Shown here in pieces: positions 38,369-50,000 of a stretch of 64,000 nt of DNA. The notes under the pieces were generated by a model. The model saw only the letters and a list, made by a program, of their open reading frames with translations. It was not told the origin of the DNA and ran no database searches. The DNA lies in contig CASIAW010000006.1 of the NCBI GenBank assembly GCA_949372875.1, positions 4,966 to 68,965 on the forward strand. The letters are read 5' to 3'. Position numbers and translations under genes: made by a program. The number at the start of each line of letters is the position of its first letter. Positions within the stretch are counted from its first letter, which is position 1. Source of the DNA: Candidatus Poseidoniaceae archaeon (GTDB lineage: Archaea > Thermoplasmatota > Poseidoniia > Poseidoniales > Poseidoniaceae).

Positions 38369-39559
38369 ATGAAGTCGGCTTCTATGCCCGTTCTCCTCGC
38401 ATCTTTGATGGTCCTTTCCAGCCTCGCTGGTTGTATTTTCGATGACAGTGATAGTGGCTCAAATGGCGAGGTATTGGCTGTTTTTAATTACTCACCCTCG
38501 TCAAATATCCGCACCGGAGATGTGATTGTTTTTGATGGCGCTAGTTCGACTCCAAGCAATGGCCTAACTTATCGATGGGACTTCGATGCCGACGGTTCCA
38601 TTGATGAAACCGGCCGAACAGCGGAATGGCAATACGATACAGCGGGTATGAAAACAGTAGAATTGACCGTTTCCGATGGCACAAAATCTTCTTCTCAAAC
38701 AAAGGATGTCACCATTGCTGATGCAACTGCCCAGCCTCCTGCTGCTGAGATTGCTCAGTATGCAGATGATGAAGACTGCTCAAATGAAGACATTGATGAA
38801 AGCACCCACATTGTTCTTTGGATTTGTGAAATGGACAAGTCAATGACGGACCGAGACATTTCCGCAACGACAACCGTCACCTTAGACGCAACTCCTTCCG
38901 AAGCAGGCGACTCAAGCCAATACATCACTGAATGGAATTGGGATATGGACCCTGAGACGGACAAAGACAATGATGGTGATGCTGAAAATGATGTTGATTT
39001 CTCTGGTGAAACAATTGATTGGTCGAACGTAGAACCCGGTGAATATGAAATCAATCTCAATATCTTAAACAGTGCTGGAATGACCGATTCTGATTCCATC
39101 AAAGTCTTCGTGAACTACGCTGGGCAGTGGTCTGACTTTGAAATGGGCGGAAACAATTCAAATAATGCGCAAACTCTTGACTTTGACATGACGGTCTTTT
39201 ACGACAAAGACAAAGGCAATACGATTCGAAAAGCCGTTGGCGAACTCACTTATCCGCAACAAGACGATGATTGCACTTCACTTCCAGGGAGTTCGAATTG
39301 CAGAGCCAAACTTGACATCTATGCGTTTAACGAAGAAGATGAAGAGGCTACAAATACCTCTGAAAAAGGACTTGACCAACGAACTGACGGTGATTGTGAT
39401 GAAGAAAACAATGATTGCGTTCATTTGACTTTGAGTTCATACATGTTTACCGATACTGAATCAACCTACGGAGACGGAGATTGGGTTTTCCAACTCCGAA
39501 ATGAAATGGTCAATGATTTACAAGTTGAATCTTTTGTGATCCGATTGCATTATCGGTGA
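38369..39559 (+). CDS. PKD-domain lipoprotein
   Basis: Lipobox-like SSLAGC; FDGASS..TYRWDFDADG...VELTVSDG PKD motif and a second PKD-like domain. Confidence 0.8.
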   Translation: MKSASMPVLLASLMVLSSLAGCIFDDSDSGSNGEVLAVFNYSPSSNIRTGDVIVFDGASSTPSNGLTYRWDFDADGSIDETGRTAEWQYDTAGMKTVELTVSDGTKSSSQTKDVTIADATAQPPAAEIAQYADDEDCSNEDIDESTHIVLWICEMDKSMTDRDISATTTVTLDATPSEAGDSSQYITEWNWDMDPETDKDNDGDAENDVDFSGETIDWSNVEPGEYEINLNILNSAGMTDSDSIKVFVNYAGQWSDFEMGGNNSNNAQTLDFDMTVFYDKDKGNTIRKAVGELTYPQQDDDCTSLPGSSNCRAKLDIYAFNEEDEEATNTSEKGLDQRTDGDCDEENNDCVHLTLSSYMFTDTESTYGDGDWVFQLRNEMVNDLQVESFVIRLHYR

Positions 39560-39580
39560 GCACGATTCTTATGAGACATG

Positions 39581-39590
39581 TTTAAAATTA
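39581..39590 (+). promoter_or_regulatory. Putative TATA box for pyk
   Basis: TTTAAAATTA beginning 28 nt upstream of ATG 39609. Confidence 0.4.
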
Positions 39591-39608
39591 TACTGACGAG
39601 GGTAAACC

Positions 39609-41060
39609 ATGCGCCGAACACGAATCGTAGCAACCATCGGGCCTGCTTGTGACGACGAAGCAACCTTGCTTTCTCTTCTCCAGGCAGGGGTCAATGTTTG
39701 CAGGCTTAATTACTCACACGGTGCACCTGAAGAGAAAACTCCGTTGTATGAACGCATTCGTTCTTTGGAGGCGACCCTCGGGCGTCCAACATGCATTCTC
39801 GCGGACCTGCCGGGCCCGAAACTACGACTTGGCCGATTCCCTGGCGTTGTTGTTCTTGAACGAGGTGCATCAATCAAACTTCATTGTGGACAGCATTCGA
39901 TGCCAAATGCAGACGTCGGTAATATTCCGGTTGAGTATGATGGATTGTCTGCTGAACTGAATGATGGCGACCCTGTATTGATTGCAGACGGCCTCATTCG
40001 ACTCAAAGTCGTTCATTCACCTCGAGAGCTTAGCGGTGTTGTCGATTGTATTGTCGAAGACGGTGGTGTTCTAAGCGAACGAAAAGGCGTCAATGTCCCA
40101 GGCACGATGGTTGACTTACCAGCCATAGGCCCGAATGATGAAGCGGCTCTTGCCCATGCTCTGAAAGCCGGAGCAGATTACATTGCAGTGAGTTATGTCC
40201 GGACTGCAAAAGACCTTGAGCCCGCTCAAAAAGCAGTACGTGATGCTGGTCTTCACGTCCCTTTGATTGCAAAAATAGAGCACCCAGTGGCTCTTGAGCA
40301 TCTTGAAGAAATTCTCAATTCAGCAGACGCAGTTATGGTTGCACGTGGCGACTTAGGTGTGGAAATCCCTCTCGAAGATGTTCCAGAAGCGCAACAACGC
40401 ATCATCGACGGTGCGCTCACCCGTGGAAAAATAGTCATCGTAGCTACACAAATGCTGGAATCAATGACACTTCAGCCGCGTCCTACACGTGCTGAAGTAA
40501 GTGACGTTTCAGGCGCCATTCGTCACGGAGCAACTGCAGTGATGCTTTCTGGTGAAACCGCATTGGGGAAATATCCACTTGCTGCGGTTGAGACAATGGC
40601 AAAGATTGCTGTTGCCAGCGAAAAAGGATTGAACTCTTCGGATCAACGCCCAAGTGGTCTCGCGCGCTTTGTTTCAACACGTTCAGTAGCTCATGCTGGT
40701 GTGGAATTGGCGAAAATTTCCAAAGCCAAGCGAATTGTAGTTGCTACTCAACATGGAAATGCTGCTCGATTGGTTGCAGGTTATTGTCCAGGGATTCCTG
40801 TAACAGCAATCAGTAATCGAATACGTGCTATGCGGCGCCTCCAACTTATTCCCGGCATTGAAGGCCTCATGGTTGAAGAATTCGACCGAGGGTCGCAGAC
40901 AATGCAAGCCTCCCTCCATGCTCTCATGGATGCAGGAACGATTGGCGTTGGTGATCGAATCGTTGCCATTTCAGGGAGTCCAAAAGCCATATCAGGTGCT
41001 ACCAGTACAATTCGTCTGTACAAAATTGCCGAGGATGGCTCTATTCACGGTGCAGAATGA
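39609..41060 (+). CDS. pyk: Pyruvate kinase
   Basis: RTRIVATIGPA, RLNYSHG, DLPGPKLR, IAKIE, MVARGDLGVE, ATQMLESM, MLSGETA. Confidence 0.97.
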   Translation: MRRTRIVATIGPACDDEATLLSLLQAGVNVCRLNYSHGAPEEKTPLYERIRSLEATLGRPTCILADLPGPKLRLGRFPGVVVLERGASIKLHCGQHSMPNADVGNIPVEYDGLSAELNDGDPVLIADGLIRLKVVHSPRELSGVVDCIVEDGGVLSERKGVNVPGTMVDLPAIGPNDEAALAHALKAGADYIAVSYVRTAKDLEPAQKAVRDAGLHVPLIAKIEHPVALEHLEEILNSADAVMVARGDLGVEIPLEDVPEAQQRIIDGALTRGKIVIVATQMLESMTLQPRPTRAEVSDVSGAIRHGATAVMLSGETALGKYPLAAVETMAKIAVASEKGLNSSDQRPSGLARFVSTRSVAHAGVELAKISKAKRIVVATQHGNAARLVAGYCPGIPVTAISNRIRAMRRLQLIPGIEGLMVEEFDRGSQTMQASLHALMDAGTIGVGDRIVAISGSPKAISGATSTIRLYKIAEDGSIHGAE

Positions 41061-41208
41061 AACATATCGCCAAATCACGGATATTTCTACCCTCCAAACG
41101 AATAAAGAGGCAACAGCGCCATCTTTTTTCTTAATTGGTCATGGGTTGGCGCGTCGTGCTTTTCAAATAGGGGTGGTTGTTCGGATGGAACGCTAAGGAG
41201 TAATTACC

Positions 41209-42498
41209 ATGGGAAGTCAATGGGAAGATAAGAGCAAGCCTCACCTAAACATCGTGTTCATCGGACACGTTGATCACGGAAAATCAACAACTGTCGGACG
41301 TCTATTACTAGACTCTGGTCATATCGAAGGACACGTTATTGAAAAGAACGAAAAACTCGCTGCTGAATCTGGTAAAGCCGGTTTCGGACTTGCGTATGTT
41401 ATGGACGGACTCAAAGAAGAGCGCGAACGTGGTATTACCATCGACGTTGCTCACAAAGAGTTCTTCACTCCTAACTACTACTGGACTGTCATTGACGCTC
41501 CAGGTCACCGAGATTTCGTCAAGAACATGATTACTGGTGCTTCACAAGCTGACGCAGCGGTTCTTCTCTGTGCTGCTAACGACGGTGTCAACGCTCAAAC
41601 CAAGGAACACGCTTTCCTTGCAAAGGTGCTTGGTGTCAAGCAAATCATCGTTCACGTCAACAAAATGGATATTTCCGGTGTTGACTGGTCCGAAGACAAG
41701 TATAAGGCTGCATGTGCAGAAGTTGGAAACCTCCTCAAAATGGCTGGATTCAAGCCGGATGACATCCCTATGATTCCTGCCTCTTCATTGAATGGCGACA
41801 ACGTCTTCAACAAGTCTGACAAGTGCCCGTGGTATAACGGTCCTACACTTTTCGAAGCTATCGACAAAATCACAATGCCAAACAAGCCAATCAACAAGCC
41901 TCTTCGTTTGCCAATTCAGGATGTCTACAAGATCTCCGGTATCGGAACAGTGCCAGTCGGTAAGATTGAAACTGGAACTTTGAATGTTGGAAAGACTGTA
42001 ATCTTCAATCCATCACAAAAGTCTGCTGAAGTCAAGTCGATTGAAATGCACCACACTATGGTTCCTAAAGCAGAACCTGGTGACAACGTTGGTTTCAACG
42101 TTCGTGGTCTCGCTCAAGTCGACATCCGCCGTGGTGACGTTGCTGGATACGCTGACAGCGAACCAATGTTCGTTCGTCACGACGAAACATTCGTTGGACA
42201 AATCCAACTTATGGACATTCCAAAGGCAGTCTCCGTCGGATACACACCTGTATTCCACGCACACACCGCTCAAGTTGCAGTTCGTTTCCTCGAACTTCTT
42301 GAGAAGACCAACAAATCTGGTAAGGAAGCAAACCCGTCTTTCCTCAAGACTGGTGACGCTTGTCTCATCCGTTTCCAACCAAACAAGCCTATGGCAATTG
42401 AGCAAATGGACACGTTCCCTGAACTCTCTCGCTTCGCTATCCGTGACATGGGTAAGACCGTCGCAGCTGGCGTTTGTTTGAAGATTGACAAGAAGTGA
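41209..42498 (+). CDS. tuf: Translation elongation factor 1-alpha
   Basis: GHVDHGKST, RERGITID, DAPGHRDF, NKMD, RFAIRDMG; AAGGAG RBS upstream. Confidence 0.98.
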   Translation: MGSQWEDKSKPHLNIVFIGHVDHGKSTTVGRLLLDSGHIEGHVIEKNEKLAAESGKAGFGLAYVMDGLKEERERGITIDVAHKEFFTPNYYWTVIDAPGHRDFVKNMITGASQADAAVLLCAANDGVNAQTKEHAFLAKVLGVKQIIVHVNKMDISGVDWSEDKYKAACAEVGNLLKMAGFKPDDIPMIPASSLNGDNVFNKSDKCPWYNGPTLFEAIDKITMPNKPINKPLRLPIQDVYKISGIGTVPVGKIETGTLNVGKTVIFNPSQKSAEVKSIEMHHTMVPKAEPGDNVGFNVRGLAQVDIRRGDVAGYADSEPMFVRHDETFVGQIQLMDIPKAVSVGYTPVFHAHTAQVAVRFLELLEKTNKSGKEANPSFLKTGDACLIRFQPNKPMAIEQMDTFPELSRFAIRDMGKTVAAGVCLKIDKK

Positions 42499-42537
42499 AT
42501 TTCACTCTAATATCTGAAGGAATCGGAAGGAATCACT

Positions 42538-42867
42538 ATGGCAGCAGTAACGATCATCAAACTCACGGGCCAAAACCACAGTGATATCGACGCCGTTGCA
42601 AAGCAAATCAAAACCATCTGTGATACTGGTGGAATCTCCCTACGAGGACCGATTCCATTGCCAACTCGACATTTGGTAGTCCCTGTTCGCAAAGCACCTG
42701 ATGGTGAAGGCGTCGAAACATACGACCATTGGGAACTTCGTGTTCACAAGCGTTTGTTGGAAATGGATATTACCTCTGGAAAGGGCGAATCTGCTCTTCG
42801 CCAAGTGACCCGTATTCAGATTCCAGATACCGTGAGCATTGAACTTTCAATGCGCTCTGTCAACTGA
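42538..42867 (+). CDS. rpsJ: 30S ribosomal protein S10 (uS10)
   Basis: GPIPLPT, RKAPDGEG..TYDHWELRVHKRL; directly after tuf. Confidence 0.97.
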   Translation: MAAVTIIKLTGQNHSDIDAVAKQIKTICDTGGISLRGPIPLPTRHLVVPVRKAPDGEGVETYDHWELRVHKRLLEMDITSGKGESALRQVTRIQIPDTVSIELSMRSVN

Positions 42868-42916
42868 TTGAACAACGTATATTGTTCGCCTCAATAACAA
42901 ACGGCCGAAAGGCTAC

Positions 42917-43939
42917 TTAGAGCGAGGCCGCTTCTGCTACGCCAGAATCAATCAACCAACTTGCTGTCTCAGCATCTACAAAGTGAATGTCACCTTCTTC
43001 GAGAGTAAGTTCTTCACCACTCTTGGTAGCAATGGGTTCTGGACTTGCCATGAGAACACGTATTCGCTCGAGTTCAGGCTCACTTGACGAGATATCTTCC
43101 ACAGCCAGCTTTTCAACCGGCGTTTCCATCTCAAACATTTCAATTGTTGATGGAGATTTTTTAGAAGGTGCTAATTCAAGAGCTGCAGCATGTTTCTCAC
43201 TCCCCTCTTCACTTGGATTGACAATGACTGGAGTAACAGGCTCCTTAACGGGGATATTTTCGCCTAAATCAGCGTGAATATATTCATCTAAGTCTGGCCA
43301 TTCTTCATCGATGAAGCGTTCTTCATCATCACCAGATGCTTCTAATGCTTCAACGGGTGGTTCCCGATCTTCAAAGGCGAGATCTGGGGGTGCTGAACCG
43401 GTGAGATTTGAATCGACAAAGGAATCGAGTTGAACGGTCCCAGGCGCATGACGTGTTTGGTTTTGGGATGTTTCACCAGCAATTCCATTCTGCATTGAAT
43501 TCCAATCGACTTCCATCTTGAATCGATCAATTTGAACCTGCATCATATGGTAAATGGCTTTCTCAGCAGGGTCATGACGTTGCCAATCAAGTGCAGGTAA
43601 ATCTTGAGTAGTACCAGGTTGAGTTGATGTTCGAAGAGATTGTGAGGAAACATGTTGCATCATTGCTACTAAACGCTTCCTTGCTAATTCTGATGCGATA
43701 AGCCGAATATTCGCCTGCCTTTTTTGGAGATTTTGAAGGCGCATACCCGTCATACCCTTCATCAACATACTCTGAATTTCAGAGTCTAAGCTTCTCAATA
43801 ATTGATGGACCATACCCCAGAAGTCCTGACGAGGCAGTGGGACGGGTACATGTCGATTAATTTGTAACCTGTGCGTCGCAAATAATTGCTCTTCGATCTC
43901 GCGCGACTGAGCACTGTCAAGGTCGCCGAGGTTCGACAT
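42917..43939 (-). CDS. DNA replication GINS subunit (Gins51/Gins15-like) with long acidic linker
   Basis: Helical A-domain-like N-half (LPRQDFW, RKRLVAM); C-terminal B-domain pattern RIRVL....I....GEELTLEEGDIHFVDAETASWLIDSGVAE. Confidence 0.7.
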   Translation of the reverse strand: MSNLGDLDSAQSREIEEQLFATHRLQINRHVPVPLPRQDFWGMVHQLLRSLDSEIQSMLMKGMTGMRLQNLQKRQANIRLIASELARKRLVAMMQHVSSQSLRTSTQPGTTQDLPALDWQRHDPAEKAIYHMMQVQIDRFKMEVDWNSMQNGIAGETSQNQTRHAPGTVQLDSFVDSNLTGSAPPDLAFEDREPPVEALEASGDDEERFIDEEWPDLDEYIHADLGENIPVKEPVTPVIVNPSEEGSEKHAAALELAPSKKSPSTIEMFEMETPVEKLAVEDISSSEPELERIRVLMASPEPIATKSGEELTLEEGDIHFVDAETASWLIDSGVAEAASL

Positions 43940-44050
43940 CGTTCACTCCTATGGCCGACATACTTTGAACCCTTCACAGGTGTTTTATCAAACATGGAGC
44001 GCGCTTATTGATAATCCATGGCTCACCTCGCTAAGCGAGGTGATTCAAGA

Positions 44051-47000
44051 ATGCTGGAAAATCAACATCTTCCACGCGACTTTTGGCGGTCATCTCGTAC
44101 AGCCCTTTTGTTGGTATTTTTGATGGTGAGTGGCCCGTTAAGCGCTGCAAATGACTCGTCGTTTTCCGAGTCTCTCTTGCCTGCGCCTCAATCTGATACG
44201 ACGGGTGATCTCTTTTTCCATCCCGGAGTCAATCAATCCAGTGTCAATACCAGTTTGTCTTCCGCTGTTTTGGTTCCTTCAAATCAAACATTCCTTGATG
44301 GGACGCTTGAAGTGGAACCACTTTGGAACCTCTCGGATGGGAACGGCAGTCAATTCGGAGTTTCAGCAGCTAATCAATGGAATGGAACACATCAACAAAC
44401 CAATGGTATCGGGCATGGTGGGAAACTAACGCTTGCTACAAATTCCTCTCTCGGATCAATTACCAATTTCGAATCTACAGTTGTTGTAGCACCAGGATGG
44501 TTGGGGACCGGTCATGACCATCAGTCATGGTCGATACAACGACCAAGCATCGTACCTTTCTCCTCCCCGTCCGGTATGCTCGTTCCATCAAATGGTTCGA
44601 ATTCAGTTGGATTTTTGGCTACACAAGCATTGGGCGACCTCGGGCCAGATATGGACGGATGCCTTCGTTCTCCAATTATTCAAGGTCCGACATTTGTCAA
44701 GAATTATTCATTGTCTTTTGAGCATTGGACTGCTTTGGACCAGAGTGATGCAGCATGGGTTGAAATCCGGCATACAAATGGCACATGGGGATTAATTTCT
44801 CCAATTGGCGGATATCCGTATACAGTTCAATTGAACAATACACCAACGACTGTTTGGAATGGGGAAGACAGTACGTGGCAAACAGCCGAATTCCAACTGG
44901 ATGCCTATGTCACTGATATGCAAGACCTTGTTCAATTCCGACTTTGTTTTCAAACCAGTTCCACGCTCGGCGCTCGAGGTGGCTGGTTCGTGGATGAGCT
45001 CAAAGTGCATAACCAAGGCGACGATACCGCCTCATGGTTCCATGGAAATATGTCTGGTGATTATTCACCGAATGCAAATGGGGAGTTGGTATTTCCACTT
45101 GATTTGGTCAACTATACAGGACAGAATGTAGAATTAGAAATATGGGCGAACTGGGATATTCAAGGTGGCGCGAGTGATTCGCTTTCTGCTTGGCTTTCTT
45201 TGGATAACGGGTCGTCCTATTCACCAATTTCTACGTATCCTGGCCACCCGTCTATTGGAGCTGTTTGTAGTGGGGCTTGGTTCAATGGTGCTGATTCATT
45301 GGGCGAATGGTGTCCTGTTCGCTTTTCACTTCCTTGGACAGTGACTGCACCGGCGAATGCCAGTACTGCACTCCTCCGATTCAAAGTGCTCACAGATTCA
45401 CAAATCAACTATGGAGGTACGACCTCTTCAGGCTGGGAAGGAATTGCAATTGATGATTTGAGTATTTGGACCGACAGAGGGACTCCTTCGGAAGTCTTTC
45501 ATCGCTTGAATAACTTCACAAATCAGCCTTCTGGCATCAATGGATCTCTCGATGGTTGGTTAGAATCTCCATTAGGTCCGAATGAATGGCAATGGCTCAC
45601 TCAATTGGGTCATAATACCCAACAAACTCGAACATTTGATTTTGATTCTGGAAATGAATTACCGGCTGGTTGGTCGTTATGGGCACAATCAAATCGCCGC
45701 TGGGATGTAGGGACTACCAGTAACTCTTCTGGGTTTGGGCCCGGTGTCTGGCACTCAGGATTAAACGGTGCGGGAATTTATCTTGATGACGAATACAGAA
45801 ACGACATGTGGACTGATTTGTTCACACCAGAATACTACCTCCCGGAAAATTCGACCTCCAGACTCACTTTCCGAAGTTGGATTTGCACAGAACCAAATTG
45901 GGACGGAGGCACTGTTTCAATCTCCACTGATGGCGGAGAGTCTTGGTGGTTCCTTCCACCGACGCTTGGAACTTTCCATGACCAGTTATCAACAGTAAAC
46001 AGCTTTTCTCCGTTTTTCAATCAAGGAATATTTGATGGTTCACGAGTCATCGGTGGCTGCCATAATGTTCAGAGAGGATTTGATCTCAAGGAGTATGATT
46101 TGTCTAATCTTACCGGTTCTACAGTACGAGCCAAATTCAGTTTCTTTTCAGACCAGTTGATTGAGCTTGATGGATGGTACATTGATGATGCTGGAATTGA
46201 AATCGATGTCTATGAGCCATCGGGCTCTTGGGTCTCCGAAATCTTAACGCCTGACCCTCTGTTTGGTTGGGGTCAACTGGATGGTTTTGTACATGAGCCA
46301 GTAAATACGACGGTGCGTTTTGACGTTCTCGATGCTAATGGCACCCCAATCCCTGGCTATCAAAACCGAACCCTTCCTGTTGATTTACCGCTTGACGTTG
46401 CCCAATTCCCATCCTTACACATCCGCACTCATATGACCAGCCTTGATCGACTTCTAACACCCCATGTTGAACGACTTTCGATAGGCACGCCGACTTTTTT
46501 TGACGCATACCACCTCACTCATCTTGGAGATTATGGTGGCTCTCATCTTCAAGACCTTACCGTGAATCCTGATAACGCAATTGTTTCTTCGGCTTCCACC
46601 AACCTTGTATCTTTGCTCTGGTCCACGAATGCCGTCTGTCCATTTCAAAAAGCGGAGTTCGAAATGATATCAGGGAACTTGACCGCCACTCACAGTCAGT
46701 ATTCAGTCGTCTCCAGTCGCTGGAATGAAGCATACAAGCCAACATTGACTCAGACGATTGAACGCCAAGGACGGCCTCAACTTTCCACAGACTTCTCCTT
46801 AACTTGGTTCCCCGGAGATTTAATTTCTGGATTCCTCTTTGAACCAATATGTGCTCTTGCACCAATACAACCGATGGTTCATCTTGGCACTGAAAAGCAC
46901 GAGTTGTTTTCTTGGCCAGAGTCAAATGCGAGTCACGAGTTTGGAATAAACAAAAACTTCTTCAGCCTTGAAACGAGTCATCCTGGCGTATTGAATAGCC

Positions 47001-50000
47001 TCCAATCCATTGACTTCACTGCTGAAACTGGTACGACGCTTGCGAATCTCAGTGTTCTCGTTGCTCGGAATGAGGGAGTAAACCCACTTCCCTCTTCCTT
47101 TGATATCAGTTTCTTAGTCACTGCTCAAACGGATAGTGCTCCGGCATGGATTCGTCTTGCTCCATTTGGTCTCGGTCAAGAAATGGCTTCTACCTCTGAA
47201 ACTCAGTTTCAAAGAATTCAAACCACTGGCTCCTGTTCCAGCCAATATCAAGTAACTGCTCATCTGGATGCCTGCATTCTACAATTGCAGTTGCATGGGA
47301 ACTTTACAGCAACTTTGAGCCAACTTCAATTCATACCTCACCAGCAAACCGTTTCCAGCCAACTTACGCACCAAGTGTTGAACAGCATTCTTCAAAATGC
47401 TGCAAATAATTCTTCAGCATCCATTTTAGAAATTCCTTTGAAGGTTCAGACTACTCGAGGTTCGGTGATGGTTAATTTGAGTTACGAAATTCAAACCAAA
47501 CTTGTTGATCACATTGTTTCACCAACTCATACACGCTGGTTACCGAAACAAACGGTCTTTTTCGAAACACAACATTGGAGGGGCGATGCTCATTCTTTAG
47601 AATGGGACGCTCCCGATTTAAGTTCAATTCAGTTTACATTGTCTTCCTCCAACTCATATACAGATCGTTTGGTTGAAGTCGAAGCATACAATCTTGATTC
47701 AACCCCCCAATTCCGGCAACTTTACGGCGTTGGCTTCGCTTCACTGATTGTCGATGAATCATCGATACAATGCACGATGAATACCTGTTCAGCTTCATGG
47801 GCTTTCATCAGTCATTGGCTGATGGATGATGTTGATGACATCCACATTTTAGCAAAGGGAGTGGATGTGGATGGCTTCTATACAGGACCTTCGCATCTTT
47901 ATCGACAAACTTCTTTCAATGAAATAGAGAATGATTTAGAGATTATCAATTTCAATGTCATCGATGATCAAAACCGAGTCCTCAATGACTGGTCGAATCC
48001 TCAATGGCCGTTTCATCTGAACGTAAGCCAGAGTATGGAAGCCACTGGGAAAGTACGGTTTGAAGGAATTCCCGATTCCTTCATTGGTGCAGGAGATGCT
48101 AAAATTCGTATTGATGCAACTGCTGTGCCACCATTGAATATAACTGGAGGGCTTGATGAGTGGACCGAAGAATCGATTGATTGGCAGACCTCTTGGTATA
48201 CTGATGTTGATTCAACCGGCGGCTTTTCAATCCTCCTTCAAGCACCAGAAGATACTGAATCCTTACCGAGTAATACTCGAATTCTTCTCTCACCTCACAT
48301 CGAACGCTCTGGACCGCTTTCGGAAAACGCAGTGACCAGTGTTGACCGAACCAGCCCATCGCAAAACATTCCGTTCTTATTCGATAAAATTCAACCTTCC
48401 ACGACGACCTTACTTATTCTCGATTCAGGTGGCTACGCACCTGCTGACGACCATATCTGGACAGCGCAACAGGATGTAGCGTTGCGTTTGATGCTTCAGG
48501 ACCCTGAAGGTTTATCGAACTCCATTCAATTTTATTATTGGCTTGAAGCAAGTCACGATTTGAATGGGAATGGTGAGATGGAGGAAGAAGAATATTCCAG
48601 TCAAGTGGTTACTTTCAATTCAGGATTAACAACGGCTGAAATTGACCTTCCTTTGCTTTCTTGGCAAGAGATTTTGCCTGCAGGTCGTTCTTCAGGGAAA
48701 GCGAGTATCTATGTTGAAGGGTTCGATTTAGCCGGCAATACTCTCCTCGGAGGTGGGGCGTTTGGAAGTGAGCAGGACTTAGCCACCTTCCAAGTTCAAC
48801 AACGCTTCGACACACTTATCCAAACGGACTCTCTTACATTTGATTTGTATAATTCTTCACTTCTCATTGGCTATGAGCATACATTTCGTTTTACCATCAC
48901 GGATGGAAATGGAATCGAATCTCTTGATTCATTTGAATTCGCTCTTCTCAGCCGTGACCAAACCGAACAGTGCGCTATTGAGTATGAGCCACGCTTTGCG
49001 ATTGTGAACAGCGACGTAGACTGTTTTTACTCGACTCCAACAGTTCAAGTTGTGAAAACACCTTTGCAATTCGAGTGGCAGGTCGAGGTTAAGTTTCGCA
49101 TCGCATGGAATGTCACCAACGCTTCGAACCTGTCTGGAACACCTTCTCTGAAGGTATTCGATGAAGGGCAAAATCTAGGCCTTGGACTTTCACGTCTTAC
49201 TGTATTTGATTGGACCCTTTCTACAGACCTTACTCTTGGCTCCATCGAAATATCGGACCAAACTCTACCGATTGGCACAATTACAGCCAACGACGTCTGG
49301 GTACACTCAAATGATTATTTGCACATTCAGACTCAGCTTTACTACTCAAACAGCACGATTCCTGCTCAAAACCTCCCTCCTTCCGTTTACCTGCAAGCCA
49401 CTCTTGCTGATGGTGAGCGTACTTTCCAACAGAACATGAGTTTTTCATCAACAGGAAATATATCCATGCTCGTTCATCTTAACTCATCTCTCCTTAAGCA
49501 TCGACTAGCGACCATGAATTTGGAGATTATTGGAATATCGGAGTTCACTTCTTTCCAAACGTATGCTCTTACTTTTGACGATACCGCACCTCTTCTTTCA
49601 ATGCCTCCTGGAGTACTCTCAAGAGTGGATTCAAACAAATTAGAAGTACAAGAAATCATCGTTATTACTAGCGATGAAATTGGAATGAACCAGACATCCT
49701 TGCAAATGCATTGGCATTTTACCCGCGGAGGACTTCTTGTCGAATCTTCTCAAGGTTCTGCTCCTATTGAATACCTCAATGGCTCAAATCCCACATACAC
49801 GTTTTCATCAATCGTGGACCTTCGCCCTGACAATGAGTCTTTACTCCTCAAGAATGACCAGCTCGTCGTTTGGTTCAGCGGCTATGACTTGTCAGGAAGG
49901 GAACTCTCGGGAGTGGGTACCGAAGGCTCCCCACTGACCCCGCAGTTCCGCTGGATTGCGTTTGAGCCTCAGTTTGAAGATATTGTCGTGACTCCACGCC

